A stretch of DNA of 64,000 nucleotides from Rhodocyclaceae bacterium (lineage in GTDB: Bacteria > Pseudomonadota > Gammaproteobacteria > Burkholderiales > Rhodocyclaceae): NCBI GenBank assembly GCA_036279515.1, contig DASUJA010000048.1, positions 19,479 to 83,478 on the forward strand, in the 5' to 3' direction. A program made the translations under genes and the position numbers. Shown here one piece after another: positions 28,969 to 40,191 of this stretch. The notes below the pieces were generated by a model that worked only from the letters and a program-made list of their open reading frames with translations, had not been told where the DNA came from and did not search any database. Each line of letters begins with the position of its first letter. Position 1 is the stretch's first letter.

Positions 28969-29532
28969 ATGCTGCCCACGCAACCCGTTCTGTTCGCACT
29001 GAACCATCTGCTCGGCCAGTCCGGGTGGGCGCGGGATCGGCTCAAGGATTTCGCCGGACGTAGCGCCCGTCTGGGCGTCGGCCCCATGGGGCTGCATCTC
29101 GCGATTAGCGATGACGGCTTGTTCGTGGCGGCAGCGGGCGAAGCTGCATCCGACGTCACCATCAATCTCCCCGCCGATGCGCCCCTGCGTTTCATGCGTG
29201 GCGGCGTGGCGGAGGTGATGAAGGGCGCGCAGGTCACCGGCGCCGCCGATCTGGCCGATGCCCTCGGCTTCGTCCTGCGCAATCTACGGTGGGACGCGGA
29301 AGAGGATTTGTCCAAATGGGTCGGCGACATTGCCGCCCATCGCCTCGTGCGCGGTGCCGAAAGCGTCGTGGCCTGGCAGAAGGATGCTGCCCAACGGTTT
29401 GCTGAAAACCTGGGTGAATACCTGACCTACGAAAACCCGCAGCTCGTGCGTAAGGCCGAGTTGGACAGCTTCGCTACCGAAGTGGCCGAACTGGCTGCAG
29501 CGCTGGATAAGGTCGAGAAGCGGCTCAAATAA
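28969..29532 (+). CDS. ubiJ: Ubiquinone biosynthesis accessory factor UbiJ (SCP2 domain)
   Basis: N-terminal SCP2-like domain and C-terminal amphipathic helix. Position after ubiE/Tim44. Confidence 0.75.
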   Translation: MLPTQPVLFALNHLLGQSGWARDRLKDFAGRSARLGVGPMGLHLAISDDGLFVAAAGEAASDVTINLPADAPLRFMRGGVAEVMKGAQVTGAADLADALGFVLRNLRWDAEEDLSKWVGDIAAHRLVRGAESVVAWQKDAAQRFAENLGEYLTYENPQLVRKAELDSFATEVAELAAALDKVEKRLK

Positions 29533-29546
29533 TCAAGCGGCGAGAA

Positions 29547-30761
29547 TCAGACGGCGAGCGCCAGTCCCGGGCCGCTTCCAATGCGAACGACCCCTGACGG
29601 GGCAGGCGTTTTCAGTGTGTTGAACTGAGCCGGCAGCAGGCAGTTCTGCAAGCTGCGCTGGGCGAACAGAAAACGGCCATCGCAGACGAAGCCCAGATCC
29701 TGCCAATCCACCGCGTGGTTGAGTAGATGCACGGCCCGCTCCAGATCCATGTTGGGATCTTTGGGAAATAGGGCCAGCATGGCGCCGTCGTAATTGGGGC
29801 AGTCATGCAGGAAGAAGGGCTGCTTGCGCCGGGTCTTGGCGTTCACGTAGATGCGAGGGCCTTCGGCTTGGTGATGATTGCGGCCCCAATGCCACCAGTT
29901 GGATTCGTTGAACTTGCGGATGCCCCGCGCCAGCAGGCGCTCCTTGTGGCGTTCCAGATGGCGGCTGCGCACGCCGTAGTACATGCGCCGGGTGGCGCCG
30001 TCGTCGATGGTGGTGGAGCAGACGAATTCGGTATTGCCTCGCGGGTGGGTGAACACCTCGTCGGCGCCGGACACCGCGCCCACCTTCACTTGAAACAAGT
30101 CCGCGAGGGGAACGTTGTAGTCGCCGCGCAGGAATAGCAGTTGGCCGTCCGATTCCACGAAGCGGCGCCCATCCTCCAGCGTCAGTTTGCGACGGCCTTT
30201 TTCAAAGCGCCAGATGGCGCAGTTGGGCACATAGCTGCCGAAGATGGAGGAATCGCCCGTCTCGATGAAGTGGGTGATGCTGCCCTCCTTGGCAAGCCAG
30301 GCATTGAGCTGCCGCGCTGCGGTGAGCTTGATGAAGTCCCGGGGGGTGATGAAGATCAACTCGCCATGGGGCTTCAGATGCCGCACGCACTTCTCAATGA
30401 AATACAGATAGAGGTTGCTGCGACCATCGAACAGAGGGCTGTTCAGCTTCTCCAGCGTTTCGGTCAAGATGTCCTGATGCCGCACGTAGGGCGGGTTGCC
30501 GATGATGGTGTCGAAACGCTCGCTGACGGGATAATCGAAGAAGTCCATCAGCAGGGCATCTTTCGGCGCTACGCGCTGATCCAGCTCGATGGCGACGCAG
30601 CCCGGCAACTGAGCGGCGAAGGCGCCATCACCGCAGGAAGGCTCCAGCACGCGGCCCTTGTTGCGGCGCAGGGCGAGCATTTGCGCCACCACGTCGGCAC
30701 GGGTGAAAACCTGGCCCAGGTGGGCAACGGGATCGGGGGGAATCGTAGCGACAAAATCCAT
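29547..30761 (-). CDS. Orphan gamma-class N6-adenine DNA methyltransferase (M.TaqI/Eco57I-like)
   Basis: Motif I LEPSCGDGAF (SAM-binding) precedes motif IV IIGNPPY (gamma-class order). C-terminal region of about 200 aa fits a target-recognition domain. ATG 30759-30761 (MDFVAT). No adjacent nuclease candidate. Confidence 0.8.
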   Translation of the reverse strand: MDFVATIPPDPVAHLGQVFTRADVVAQMLALRRNKGRVLEPSCGDGAFAAQLPGCVAIELDQRVAPKDALLMDFFDYPVSERFDTIIGNPPYVRHQDILTETLEKLNSPLFDGRSNLYLYFIEKCVRHLKPHGELIFITPRDFIKLTAARQLNAWLAKEGSITHFIETGDSSIFGSYVPNCAIWRFEKGRRKLTLEDGRRFVESDGQLLFLRGDYNVPLADLFQVKVGAVSGADEVFTHPRGNTEFVCSTTIDDGATRRMYYGVRSRHLERHKERLLARGIRKFNESNWWHWGRNHHQAEGPRIYVNAKTRRKQPFFLHDCPNYDGAMLALFPKDPNMDLERAVHLLNHAVDWQDLGFVCDGRFLFAQRSLQNCLLPAQFNTLKTPAPSGVVRIGSGPGLALAV

Positions 30762-30964
30762 GGCGCCATGGTAATGGCGCTGCCGGTGCGGCAAGACGGG
30801 GAAAAACGGCCGATTATCTAGCCTGGATGGAGCGGAAAATTCCCCGCTTATCGACGGATGAAAATTGGGTGGGGAATGCTGAGCTCCCTTTCCGGGGGGC
30901 TGTTCCTGAGTATGAGATCGTCCGCCGATGACCCGTCCTCCCTCGGAGGAGGGGCCTCAGCCGG

Positions 30965-33037
30965 TCAGCCTTGCAGCTCGGTAACGGCGGCCATGCTCTG
31001 GGTCTGCGGGCGGTCAGGTGTGTCCTTGGCGATACCGTCACGGATGAGGTTGGCCAACAACACGTCCACCAGGGTGCCGTTCGTGCTGCTGCCGCCACCC
31101 GAGGCCACCACGTCGGGCACCAGTTTGACGCCCGATTTGGAAAGGGCCTCGGCCACCTGGACCACGGCGTAGTTGCCGCTTTCCATCGAATCGATCTTCT
31201 GCTTGATGACGGAGGCTTCGGCGGAACCGATGGCTTCGGTCTTGGCCGCTTCCGCTTCACCCACGGTGCGAATCACCGTGGCATCGGCTTCCGCATTGAT
31301 GGTCTTGGCGCGAGCCTCGCCCTCGGCCTTCTTGACGGCGGCCTGGGCGTTGAACTCGGAGATGGCGACCTGACGTTCCGCATCGACCACCTTGGCCTGG
31401 GTATTGGCGAGCGCGGTGGCTTGCTCAAGTTCCTGGCGCACGGTCTGGGCCTGCTTCTGGGTTTCGTAAGTGATCCGTTCCTGCTCGGCCTGCTTGCGAT
31501 TGGTCAGGGTCTGCATCAATTGATCGGGCGGAACGATGTCGCCGATCAGGGTATCCACGGCGCCCACGTTGTATTCCTGGAGGGCCGTGCCGATGGCATT
31601 GCGCGCTTCCTCCTGCCGCTGGGAGCGTTTGCGCAGGAAGTCGATGATGTCGGAAGCCTGGGCGCTATTGCGGAAGTAGTTGCCGATGGTCGGCTCCAGC
31701 ACTTGGGTCACCAGGGCGGACATGTCGCCGAAGCGGGCGATTACCTTGGGCGCATCGTTACGAGGAATGTGGATGATCTGGGAAACGTCCAGATTGAACT
31801 TGAAGCCGTCGGCGGAACGCACCGTGATGGTGGAGAGATTGGCGTCCAGATTGTGGGCTTCCGATTTTCCCGTGGCCCAGTTCAGCACCACGTTGGCGGT
31901 GGGCACGTTGCGGACCTTGTGGGTATAGGGGTTGATGGGGTACTTGCCCGGATCGAGCGGTTCGACCCAGACGCCTTTCTCGCCACGGGCCACCATGTTG
32001 CCGTGCTTGAAGGTGTCGCCCGTCACGTCCTTGCCTTCCTTGCCCACGTAGGCGATCACCACGCCCACATGCGCGATGGGCACTTCCGTCATGTCCACCA
32101 CCTCGACCGTGGCAAAACGGGGATTGATGAAGTAGCGGCCCGCCAGCAGCACTTGCTCCTGCAAGCCCTTGCAGCCCCCGTGCTGGAGGAAGGTGTCGGG
32201 GTTCTGGAACATGTTGTGGCCGGGCACTTCGGGGCCGGCGATTTCGCCCTTCTCCAACGGCTTGCCCTCGCGGGTGGTGACGATGCCGACTTTGTTGTCG
32301 GGGATGTCCACCGCCTCGGCTTGCTGCACGTCGAAGAGAACCGGATTGATGCGGTAGGAGCCGGGGCCGACGATGCCGCTTTGGGGCCCCCGCTCGCCGC
32401 CCTTCTCCAGGAAGGCCGAACCATCCTGGTAGGCATCGCACTGGACTTCCTTGGCAATGACGCGGCCAGCAGGCAAGGCCATGCCATCGCGGGCTTCCAC
32501 CACGCCGATCTGACCGGGCGGGATGGTGATCACATCTGCGCAGGTGATCTGAAACAGCAGCGGATTGATTCGATAGGTACCCGGAGGAATGACGTCGATC
32601 TGGGGGCCGCGCTGCCCGCCGTTCTCCAGGAACAGGCGTGCATCCTGATAGGTATCGCAAGCGACCCGTTTGGCCAGGATGCGACCCGTGGGCAAGGGCT
32701 GACCGTCGCAGGCCTCCACGACGCCGATCTTGCCCACGGGGACGGTGACGAACTTGGTGAGCTCGACTGCGTACTGCCAGGGCCACAAGGCCCAATGGAG
32801 TCCGGGCGCGAGAGTGTCAGCCTGATAGCCGGCTTCTCCGTTCAAGGCCAGGATGCGGCCATCAGGCAGATTGCGGTGGCTGCCGAAGAGGACGAATTTC
32901 TTGGTGACGACGCCGATGCTGTCGTCGGGAACGATGATGACCCCGATCAGCCAGAGCACTTGGCGGTACAAGGCCAGCAGGGCGATCAGCAGCGCGATGC
33001 CGCCTACCGTCCAAGTGTTGTTGAAGATGAAATCCAT
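30965..33037 (-). CDS. Flotillin/SPFH (band-7) family protein, YqiK-like
   Basis: N-terminal TM. Three internal repeats of about 60 aa (VGKIGVVEACDGQPLPTGRILAKRV... / PGQIGVVEARDGMALPAGRVIAKEV... / DNKVGIVTTREGKPLEKGEIAGPEV...). SPFH core, then Ala/Glu-rich coiled coil. Track gives GTG at 33043; I used the in-frame ATG (MDFIFNN). My hand-count of this line disagrees with the track by 1 nt. Confidence 0.8.
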   Translation of the reverse strand: MDFIFNNTWTVGGIALLIALLALYRQVLWLIGVIIVPDDSIGVVTKKFVLFGSHRNLPDGRILALNGEAGYQADTLAPGLHWALWPWQYAVELTKFVTVPVGKIGVVEACDGQPLPTGRILAKRVACDTYQDARLFLENGGQRGPQIDVIPPGTYRINPLLFQITCADVITIPPGQIGVVEARDGMALPAGRVIAKEVQCDAYQDGSAFLEKGGERGPQSGIVGPGSYRINPVLFDVQQAEAVDIPDNKVGIVTTREGKPLEKGEIAGPEVPGHNMFQNPDTFLQHGGCKGLQEQVLLAGRYFINPRFATVEVVDMTEVPIAHVGVVIAYVGKEGKDVTGDTFKHGNMVARGEKGVWVEPLDPGKYPINPYTHKVRNVPTANVVLNWATGKSEAHNLDANLSTITVRSADGFKFNLDVSQIIHIPRNDAPKVIARFGDMSALVTQVLEPTIGNYFRNSAQASDIIDFLRKRSQRQEEARNAIGTALQEYNVGAVDTLIGDIVPPDQLMQTLTNRKQAEQERITYETQKQAQTVRQELEQATALANTQAKVVDAERQVAISEFNAQAAVKKAEGEARAKTINAEADATVIRTVGEAEAAKTEAIGSAEASVIKQKIDSMESGNYAVVQVAEALSKSGVKLVPDVVASGGGSSTNGTLVDVLLANLIRDGIAKDTPDRPQTQSMAAVTELQG

Positions 33038-33159
33038 AGACACCCCCGATAAATGGTGATGATGCGAAATTGCGTCGTTCGACGCTTGTTATGCATTACG
33101 TGCGCGGCAAGTGATCAACATGCCGCGCCATTCTATGACGTCAGTATCCCGCTACGCGA

Positions 33160-34035
33160 TTAACGACCCGAGAGCGCGGCGATGCGTTCTTCGATGGGCG
33201 GGTGGCTGGCAAACATCGCCATCAAGCCGCCGCTGCTGGCGATGCCCGCCGTGGCAACGTTTTGGGGCAGGGCGCCGGGTTCCAGGCCGCCGAGGCGGGA
33301 GAGGGCATTGATCATGGGACGGGGGCTGTTCATCAGATGGGCGGCGCCGGCATCGGCGCGGAATTCACGCTGACGGGAGAACCAAGCCACGACCATGCTG
33401 GCGGCGATACCGAAGACGATTTCGCAGACGAACACGGTCACCATGTAGCCCATGCCGGGGCCGTTGCTTTCCTCGTCGTTCTTGCGCAGGGCCTGGTCCA
33501 CGAAGTAGCCGACCACGCGGGCGATGAAGAAGACGAAGGTATTCACCACGCCCTGAATCAGGGTCAAGGTCACCATGTCACCGTTGGCGATGTGGCTGAC
33601 TTCGTGGGCCAGCACCGCTTCCACTTCGTCCCGGTTCATGCTTTGCAGCAGGCCCGTGGATACGGCCACCAGGGAGTTGTTGCGGCTAGCACCTGTGGCG
33701 AAGGCATTGGCCTCACCTTCGTAGATCGCCACTTCAGGCATGGGCAGGCCGGCCTTGGCGGCGAGGCGTCCCACGGTATCTACCAGCCAGCGTTCAGCTT
33801 CGGAGCGCGGGGCTTCGATCACTTGGGCGCCGGTGCTCCACTTGGCCATGGTCTTGGACATGAGCAGCGAGATGAACGAACCACCGAAGCCCATCACGGC
33901 GGCGAAGCCCAGCAGTAGCCCCAGGTTCAGACCGTTGGCGGTGAGGTAGCGATTCACGCTGAGCAGTTGGGCAACGGTGCCCAACACCAGCATGACGGCC
34001 AGGTTGGTGAGGAGGAAAAGCACGATGCGTTTCAT
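33160..34035 (-). CDS. htpX: Zinc metalloprotease HtpX (M48)
   Basis: [10 protein letters not shown] zinc motif. Four TM segments. 291 aa. Confidence 0.9.
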   Translation of the reverse strand: MKRIVLFLLTNLAVMLVLGTVAQLLSVNRYLTANGLNLGLLLGFAAVMGFGGSFISLLMSKTMAKWSTGAQVIEAPRSEAERWLVDTVGRLAAKAGLPMPEVAIYEGEANAFATGASRNNSLVAVSTGLLQSMNRDEVEAVLAHEVSHIANGDMVTLTLIQGVVNTFVFFIARVVGYFVDQALRKNDEESNGPGMGYMVTVFVCEIVFGIAASMVVAWFSRQREFRADAGAAHLMNSPRPMINALSRLGGLEPGALPQNVATAGIASSGGLMAMFASHPPIEERIAALSGR

Positions 34036-34053
34036 TGCGGTTTCTCCAAAAAG

Positions 34054-35073
34054 TTAAACGCGGTTTTTGCGATTGAACAAAATCGAACTGCCGAGGGAAA
34101 GTACGATCAAGGCTGCGCCGAGCAGGCCCGTCACAGCTTCGGGACTTTCGTAGTGGGCGCCGAACAGCATGATCCCGGCCAACGCGCCAATGGCCCAGAA
34201 GGCACCGTGTTCCAGGTAGCGGTAGGTGTTGAGGGTGCCGCGTTCCACCAGCAACAAGGTGAAGCTGCGGACGAACATGGCGCCGGCGCCGAGACCGAGA
34301 GCGATCACGATCAGGTTGTTGGTCATGGCGAAGGCGCCGATGACGCCGTCGAAGGAGAAACTGGCGTCGAGCAGTTCCAGGTAGAGGAAACCGCCGATGC
34401 CCTGACGCACTACGTGCTGACCGACGGAGGCTTCCTCTTCATCGCCACCCACCAAGGCGGCAACACCCTTGGCGAGGATGTAGGTGATCACGCCCCACAC
34501 GCCGGCACTGACGAAATCGCCACGTAGAGCGGGTTCAAGCAAGTGGGAAACGAGCACTACCAGCGCGAGCGTGATGGCGGCTTCGATAGCTTCCAGCTTG
34601 CCTAGCCGGGTCAGAGGCTTCTCGATTGAACGTAGCCAATGCTCGGTCTTGTGCTTGTCCACGAAGAACTTGAGAAAGACCATCATCAGGAAAGCGCCGC
34701 CGAAAGCGGAGATGCGGTGATGAGCCGAAGCCAGCACGCGACCGTATTCGTCAGGCGAGTTGAGGGCCAGGTCGAGAGCGTGCAGGGGGCTCATGTCACC
34801 CACCACGCCAACGATCAGCAGGGGGAACACCAGGCGCATGCCGAACACGGCAATGGCCATACCCCATACCAGGAAGCGTCGGCGCCACACCTCATCCCAG
34901 CTATTGAGCACCGCCGCGTTTACCACCGCGTTGTCGAAAGAGAGCGAGGTTTCCAACGCAGTCAGAAAGGCCACCGTTACCGCACCCTGGACACCGGCGA
35001 CCAGATAACCGGCCACGAGAGCGATGAGGGTGAAAGCGACGGAAGCGCGAAAGTGGACGAAGACAGGTTTCAC
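34054..35073 (-). CDS. DUF475 (TerC-related) integral membrane protein
   Basis: LETSLSFDNAVVNA signature. Multi-TM. GTG start. 18 bp upstream of htpX on the same strand. Confidence 0.7.
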   Translation of the reverse strand: MKPVFVHFRASVAFTLIALVAGYLVAGVQGAVTVAFLTALETSLSFDNAVVNAAVLNSWDEVWRRRFLVWGMAIAVFGMRLVFPLLIVGVVGDMSPLHALDLALNSPDEYGRVLASAHHRISAFGGAFLMMVFLKFFVDKHKTEHWLRSIEKPLTRLGKLEAIEAAITLALVVLVSHLLEPALRGDFVSAGVWGVITYILAKGVAALVGGDEEEASVGQHVVRQGIGGFLYLELLDASFSFDGVIGAFAMTNNLIVIALGLGAGAMFVRSFTLLLVERGTLNTYRYLEHGAFWAIGALAGIMLFGAHYESPEAVTGLLGAALIVLSLGSSILFNRKNRV

Positions 35074-35179
35074 AGGAATGGACGCGAGAGCCGATGATGA
35101 ATGAGGGCCGATGATAGGTTGTTAGTCGCTTCGTAAAAACCGACTAAACTCGTAGTATTCATCTGAAAAAACCGAAGTT

Positions 35180-36085
35180 ATGAAAGCGTCCCAGCTCAAC
35201 TACAAACACCTCTACTACTTCTGGGTCGTGGCCAAGGAAGGCAGCATCAGCCGGGCCGCCGAACGCCTGGACATGGCCGTGCAGACCATCAGCGGTCAGT
35301 TGGGAGTGTTGGAGCGCAGCCTGGGGCAGGCGTTGTTTTCGTTACAGGGGCGGCGCCTAGTGCTGACGGAGGCGGGGCGACACGCTTTGACCTACGCGGA
35401 CCAAATCTTTCTTCTCGGTGAAAAGCTGGTGGACGGCTTTCACGACGCAGGCGGAGGCAAGGTGCTGCGCCTCACCGTGGGCATCTCCGATGCGTTGCCC
35501 AAGCTGGTAGCCTATCGTCTGCTCGATGCGGCCCTGGCGCTACAAGGCGACATGCGCCCCGTGTGCTTTGAAGGCGCCTTCGACGGGCTGCTCGCGGATT
35601 TGGCTGTGCACAAGCTCGATCTGGTGCTTACTGATCGGCCCGTGGGGGCTCGCAGCAATCTACGGGTGTTCAGTCATTCTCTGGGCGAATGGGAGGTGGA
35701 TTTCTACGGCGTTTCATCCCTGGCGCGTCGCTACAGGAAAGGCTTTCCTCATAGTCTAGATGGCGCACCTGTACTGCTGCCCACTCGTAACAACGCCTTG
35801 CGTGGGCGCCTTGATCATTGGTTCGAGGCCCATGAAATCCGGCCTAGCGTGGTGGGCGAGTTCGAGGACAGCGCGCTGCTGATGACTTTCGGTCGCACGG
35901 GTCGTGGTCTGTTCCCCGCGCCGACGGCCTTGGCGGCCGAGGTGGAGGATCAGTTCAAGTCCACTTCTGTGGGTACCGTAGAAGGCGTGAGAGAGCACTA
36001 CTACGCCATTTCCGGCGAACGGAAGATCAAGCATCCAGCGGTAGAGGCGCTGCTCACCGCGACGCGGGAGACGGTGTTTCCCTAA
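35180..36085 (+). CDS. LysR-family transcriptional regulator, NhaR-like
   Basis: N-terminus LNYKHLYYFWVVAKEGSISRAAERL closely resembles NhaR. Divergent from the DUF475-htpX pair. Confidence 0.7.
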   Translation: MKASQLNYKHLYYFWVVAKEGSISRAAERLDMAVQTISGQLGVLERSLGQALFSLQGRRLVLTEAGRHALTYADQIFLLGEKLVDGFHDAGGGKVLRLTVGISDALPKLVAYRLLDAALALQGDMRPVCFEGAFDGLLADLAVHKLDLVLTDRPVGARSNLRVFSHSLGEWEVDFYGVSSLARRYRKGFPHSLDGAPVLLPTRNNALRGRLDHWFEAHEIRPSVVGEFEDSALLMTFGRTGRGLFPAPTALAAEVEDQFKSTSVGTVEGVREHYYAISGERKIKHPAVEALLTATRETVFP

Positions 36086-36234
36086 GGGCGGGTCCAGGGC
36101 CTGTTTTCAGTAAGCCGGCGGATCGCATTGCCCCCTCCTCGTTGGGGGAGGCCCAACCACGTCAGTCGCGCCTTGCACTGCGCCCGATTTCCGCCGCGCG
36201 CGACCGTCGTCTTACTGAGAACAGGCTCTAAAGC

Positions 36235-36285
36235 CGAGCCGCAAAACCGAAACCCCTCCCGTCCTCCCCTTTCAGGGGAGGGGCG
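36235..36285 (-). terminator. Rho-independent terminator of the DUF3683/FAD/Fe-S gene
   Basis: CCTCCCCTTTCAGGGGAGG hairpin. On the minus strand it is followed by TTTCGGTTTTG. Confidence 0.55.
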
Positions 36286-36339
36286 TGCATTGAACGCCTT
36301 AAGGGGGCGAGCGCTTGGAACGTCGAGGGCGGGACGGCC

Positions 36340-39300
36340 TTACAGCAATACCCGCTCGATGCCGCCGTTGTTGGCAGCGGCCACGTACTTCTGCATCCAG
36401 TCGTCGCCGAGCAGGTGCTTGGCCATTTCCACCACGATGTAGTCGGCCTTGGTATCGGCGTCGTCTTCGTAGCGGGACAGGCCCTGCAAGCAGGCGGGGC
36501 AGGAGGTGACGATCTTCACGTCGCCCTGGAAGCCGTCGGCGCGCAGCTTGGCTGCGCCCTTTTCGATTTCTTCCTGCTTGCGGAATTTCACCTGAGTGGC
36601 CACGTCCGGGCGGGAGTAAGCGAAGGAGCCGGCATCGCCGCAGCAACGGTCGCTCAGATCCACGCCGCCGCCGAGTAGCGTGTTGGCAACCTTGAGCGGG
36701 TTGTGCACCTTCATGGGTGTGTGGCAGGGGTCGTGGTACATGTAGCGGGTACCCGTCACGCCTTCCAGCTTGAGGCCCTTCTCCATCAGGTATTCGTGAA
36801 TGTCGAGCAGGCGGCAGCCGGGGAAGATCTTCTCGAATTCGTACTTCTGCAGCTGATCCATGCAGGTGCCGCAGGAGACGATCACCGTCTTGATGTCCAG
36901 GTAGTTCAGCGTGTTCGCCACGCGATGGAACAGGACGCGATTGTCAGTGGTGATCTTCTGGCCCTTGTCCTCTTCGCCGGCGGCGTTTTGCGGATAGCCG
37001 CAGCACAGGTAGCCGGGGGGCAGGACGGTGACGGCGCCGGTTTCATAGAGCATGGCTTGCGTGGCCAACCCTACTTGCGAGAACAAGCGTTCGGAACCGC
37101 AGCCGGGGAAGTAGAAGACGGCATCGCGATCTTCCTCACTGAGGTCGCTGACCTTCTTCGGGTTGCGGATCACGGGGATGACCTTGTCGTCCTCAATGTC
37201 CAGCAGGGCGCGGGAGGTGCGCTTGGGCAGGTTGCCCGGCATGGGCCGGTTGATGAAGTGGATCACCTGTGCCTTCACCGTGGGTTGTCCCACGGTGGCG
37301 GGCGGACGGGTGCGGCTGTCCTGGGTGATGCCAAGGGCTTTGGCGGCGCGATAGACGAGGCGCTGGGCCTTGAAGCCGAAGTTCATCATGCCCAGTCGCA
37401 TCAGCTTGATGGTGGCCGGATCCTTGGCGGTGAGGAAGGCCATGGCCGCAGCGGTGCCGGGCTTGAACTGCTTCTTGTCCTGGCGGCGGAGGAAGTTGCG
37501 CATGGCCACGGACACGTTGCCGAAGTCGATGTCCACCGGGCAGGGCTTTTCGCAACGGTGGCAGACCGTGCAGTGGTCGGCAACGTCGTTGAACTCGCTG
37601 AAGTGGGCCAGGCTCACGCCGCGCCGGGTCTGCTCTTCATAGAGGAAGGCTTCCACCAGCAGGCCGGTGCCGAGGATCTTGTTGCGCGGCGAGTAGAGCA
37701 GGTTGGCGCGGGGCACGTGGGTCGAGCACACGGGCTTGCACTTGCCGCAGCGCAGGCAGTTTTTGATGGAGTCGGAAATCTTGCCGATCTCCGACTGCTC
37801 CATGATCAAGGACTCCACGCCCAGCAGGGCGAAGGAGGGTGTGTACGCATTGGCCAGGTCTCCGCCGGGCATCAACTTGCCCTTGTTGAAGTGGCCGTTG
37901 GGATCCACGCGGTTCTTGTACTCGCGGAAGGGACGAATCTCTTCCTCGCTCAAGAACTCCAGCTTGGTGATGCCAATGCCATGCTCGCCGGAAATCACGC
38001 CATCCAGATTCTTTGCCACGTGCATGATGCGCTCCACCGCCCGGTAGGCGGTTTGCAGCATCTGGTAGTGGTCGGAGTTCACCGGGATGTTGGTGTGCAC
38101 GTTGCCGTCGCCTGCGTGCATGTGCAGGGCCACGAAGACGCGGCCACGCAGCACTTCCTTGTGCAAGGCGCCGATGCGTTCCAGGATCAGACGATAGGTT
38201 TCGCCGTCGAAGATGTTGCGCAGATTGGCGCGCAGTTCCTTCTTCCAGGAGACGCGGACCGAGTAGTCCTGCAGACGATGGAACAGAACCGGATTGGCGG
38301 CGGTGTTGGTGAGCGTTCCCGCTTCCACACCGTAATCGGCGAAATGGGCCTCGGCTTGCGCCAAGGGCATATCCATGTTGTCGAACAGCCACTGCCAGCG
38401 GCGGCGGGACTCGGCGATGGCGGCCAGGGCTTGTTCGCGGCGGTCGCCGATGAGGATGTCCTTGTCCAGGTTGGCGTCGCCCGCATCCAGGGGTAGATCG
38501 CCGCCGAGGAATTCAGCGAGGCGGTCACACAGTTCCAACTTGTTCTGGATCGACAGTTCGATGTTGATGCGCTCGATGGCATCGCAGTAATCGCCCATGC
38601 GCGGCAAGGGAATCACCACGTCCTCGTTCACCTTGAAGGCGTTGGTGTGGCGCGAAATGGCGGCAGTGCGGGAACGGTCGAGCCAGAACTTCTTGCGTGT
38701 CTCGGCGGTGACGGCGATGAAACCTTCGCCGCCACGGGCGTTGGCGAGGCGCACTACTTCAGACGTGGCGGCCATCACGGCGTCTTCGTTGTCGCCGACG
38801 ATGTCGCCGATCAATACCATCTTGGGACGGCCGTGACGCTTGGCCTTGGTAGCATAGCCCACCGCCTTCACGTAGCGTTCGTCCAAGTGTTCCAGACCGG
38901 CCAGCACGGCGCCGCCGGGACGGGTCTTCAGGTAATCGGTGATCTCGACGATGGTGGGCACGGACTCGCGCACCTGACCGAAGAATTCCAGGCAGACGGT
39001 GCGTGCCACGGGCGGCATCTTGTGCAGGATCCACACGGCGGAAGTGATGATGCCGTCGGTACCTTCCTTCTGCACGCCGGGCACGCCGCCGAGGAACTTG
39101 TCGGTCACGTCCTTACCCAGGCCGGTCTTGCGGAACAGGCGACCGGGCAGGGTGAGCAGTTCTTCTTTCAACAGCTTCTTGCTGTCGGCATCCGTGTAAC
39201 GCAGGCGGAAGGTGACTTGTTCCTGATCGTGAATCTTGCCCAGGTTGTGATTGAGCCGTTCCACGTCCAGCCAGTTGCCGTCCGGCGTCACCATGCGCCA

Positions 39301-40191
39301 GGAGGCCAGGTTGTCCAGGGCGGTGCCCCACAGCACGGCCTTCTTGCCGCCGGCGTTCATGGCGATGTTGCCACCCACGCAGGAAGCTTCGGCGGAGGTG
39401 GGGTCGCAGGCGAAGACTAGGCCGGAATCTTCGGCACGATCCATCACGCGCTTGGTCACCACGCCAGCGCCGGTGCGCACGGTGGCGTAGGGTTTGTCGA
39501 CGCCGGGCAATACGGCCTGTTCAACGGTACCCAGGTCGATGAGCTTTTCGGTATTGATGACCACGGACTTGGCCGTGAGCGGCACGGCGCCGCCGGTGTA
39601 GCCAGTGCCGCCGCCACGCGGGATGATGGTCAGACCCAGCTCGATACAGCCGCGCACCAGATGGGCGATTTCTTCTTCCGTATCGGGGCAAAGCACCACG
39701 AAGGGATATTCCACGCGCCAGTCGGTGGCGTCGGTCACGTGGGACACGCGGGCCAGCCCATCGAAGCAGATGTTGTCTTTGCGGGTATGGCGTGACAACA
39801 CCTTCATGGCCTTTTTGCGCAGGACGAAGGTATCGAGGAAGTGTTGCTCGAAACGCTCCACGGCCTTGCCGGCGGCGGTCAGCAACTGGGCCACCGCTTC
39901 GTTGCCGGCGCGGCGCTTCTCGATTTCGGTCAGGCGATGGCGCAGGGCGTCGATCAGGGCTTCACGGCGTTCCGGGTTCTGGAGCAGGTCGTCTTCCAGA
40001 TAGGGATTGCGCTGCACCACCCAAATGTCGCCCAGCACTTCGTACAACATCCGGGCGGAACGGCCCGTGACCCGCTGGCCGCGCAGTTCGGCCAGAGCGT
40101 CCCAGGCCGGTTTGCCGAGCAGGCGGATCACGATCTCCCGATCGGAGAACGAGGTGTAGTTGTAGGGGATTTCGCGCAGACGAGCAGTCAT
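36340..40191 (-). CDS. DUF3683-containing FAD-binding (GlcD-like) plus Fe-S/CCG-domain oxidoreductase (about 1,283 aa)
   Basis: N-terminal [16 protein letters not shown] (DUF3683). FAD-binding PCMH region ([15 protein letters not shown]). 4Fe-4S motif [11 protein letters not shown]. Two CCG-like Cys clusters. ORF opens with TTG at 40260; first ATG is 40191. Confidence 0.8.
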   Translation of the reverse strand: MTARLREIPYNYTSFSDREIVIRLLGKPAWDALAELRGQRVTGRSARMLYEVLGDIWVVQRNPYLEDDLLQNPERREALIDALRHRLTEIEKRRAGNEAVAQLLTAAGKAVERFEQHFLDTFVLRKKAMKVLSRHTRKDNICFDGLARVSHVTDATDWRVEYPFVVLCPDTEEEIAHLVRGCIELGLTIIPRGGGTGYTGGAVPLTAKSVVINTEKLIDLGTVEQAVLPGVDKPYATVRTGAGVVTKRVMDRAEDSGLVFACDPTSAEASCVGGNIAMNAGGKKAVLWGTALDNLASWRMVTPDGNWLDVERLNHNLGKIHDQEQVTFRLRYTDADSKKLLKEELLTLPGRLFRKTGLGKDVTDKFLGGVPGVQKEGTDGIITSAVWILHKMPPVARTVCLEFFGQVRESVPTIVEITDYLKTRPGGAVLAGLEHLDERYVKAVGYATKAKRHGRPKMVLIGDIVGDNEDAVMAATSEVVRLANARGGEGFIAVTAETRKKFWLDRSRTAAISRHTNAFKVNEDVVIPLPRMGDYCDAIERINIELSIQNKLELCDRLAEFLGGDLPLDAGDANLDKDILIGDRREQALAAIAESRRRWQWLFDNMDMPLAQAEAHFADYGVEAGTLTNTAANPVLFHRLQDYSVRVSWKKELRANLRNIFDGETYRLILERIGALHKEVLRGRVFVALHMHAGDGNVHTNIPVNSDHYQMLQTAYRAVERIMHVAKNLDGVISGEHGIGITKLEFLSEEEIRPFREYKNRVDPNGHFNKGKLMPGGDLANAYTPSFALLGVESLIMEQSEIGKISDSIKNCLRCGKCKPVCSTHVPRANLLYSPRNKILGTGLLVEAFLYEEQTRRGVSLAHFSEFNDVADHCTVCHRCEKPCPVDIDFGNVSVAMRNFLRRQDKKQFKPGTAAAMAFLTAKDPATIKLMRLGMMNFGFKAQRLVYRAAKALGITQDSRTRPPATVGQPTVKAQVIHFINRPMPGNLPKRTSRALLDIEDDKVIPVIRNPKKVSDLSEEDRDAVFYFPGCGSERLFSQVGLATQAMLYETGAVTVLPPGYLCCGYPQNAAGEEDKGQKITTDNRVLFHRVANTLNYLDIKTVIVSCGTCMDQLQKYEFEKIFPGCRLLDIHEYLMEKGLKLEGVTGTRYMYHDPCHTPMKVHNPLKVANTLLGGGVDLSDRCCGDAGSFAYSRPDVATQVKFRKQEEIEKGAAKLRADGFQGDVKIVTSCPACLQGLSRYEDDADTKADYIVVEMAKHLLGDDWMQKYVAAANNGGIERVLL

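Noticed and set aside
36703-38496. 597-aa plus-strand ORF and other long antisense ORFs (30971..33052 +, 44853..45995 -, 47452..48621 -, 53098..53820 -, 54482..55978 -, 62326..63918 -)
   Set aside because: Each lies fully inside a well-supported gene on the other strand (DUF3683 oxidoreductase, flotillin, livK, livMG, lutA, lutB, pyc) and has low-complexity composition. Treated as GC-driven artefacts.
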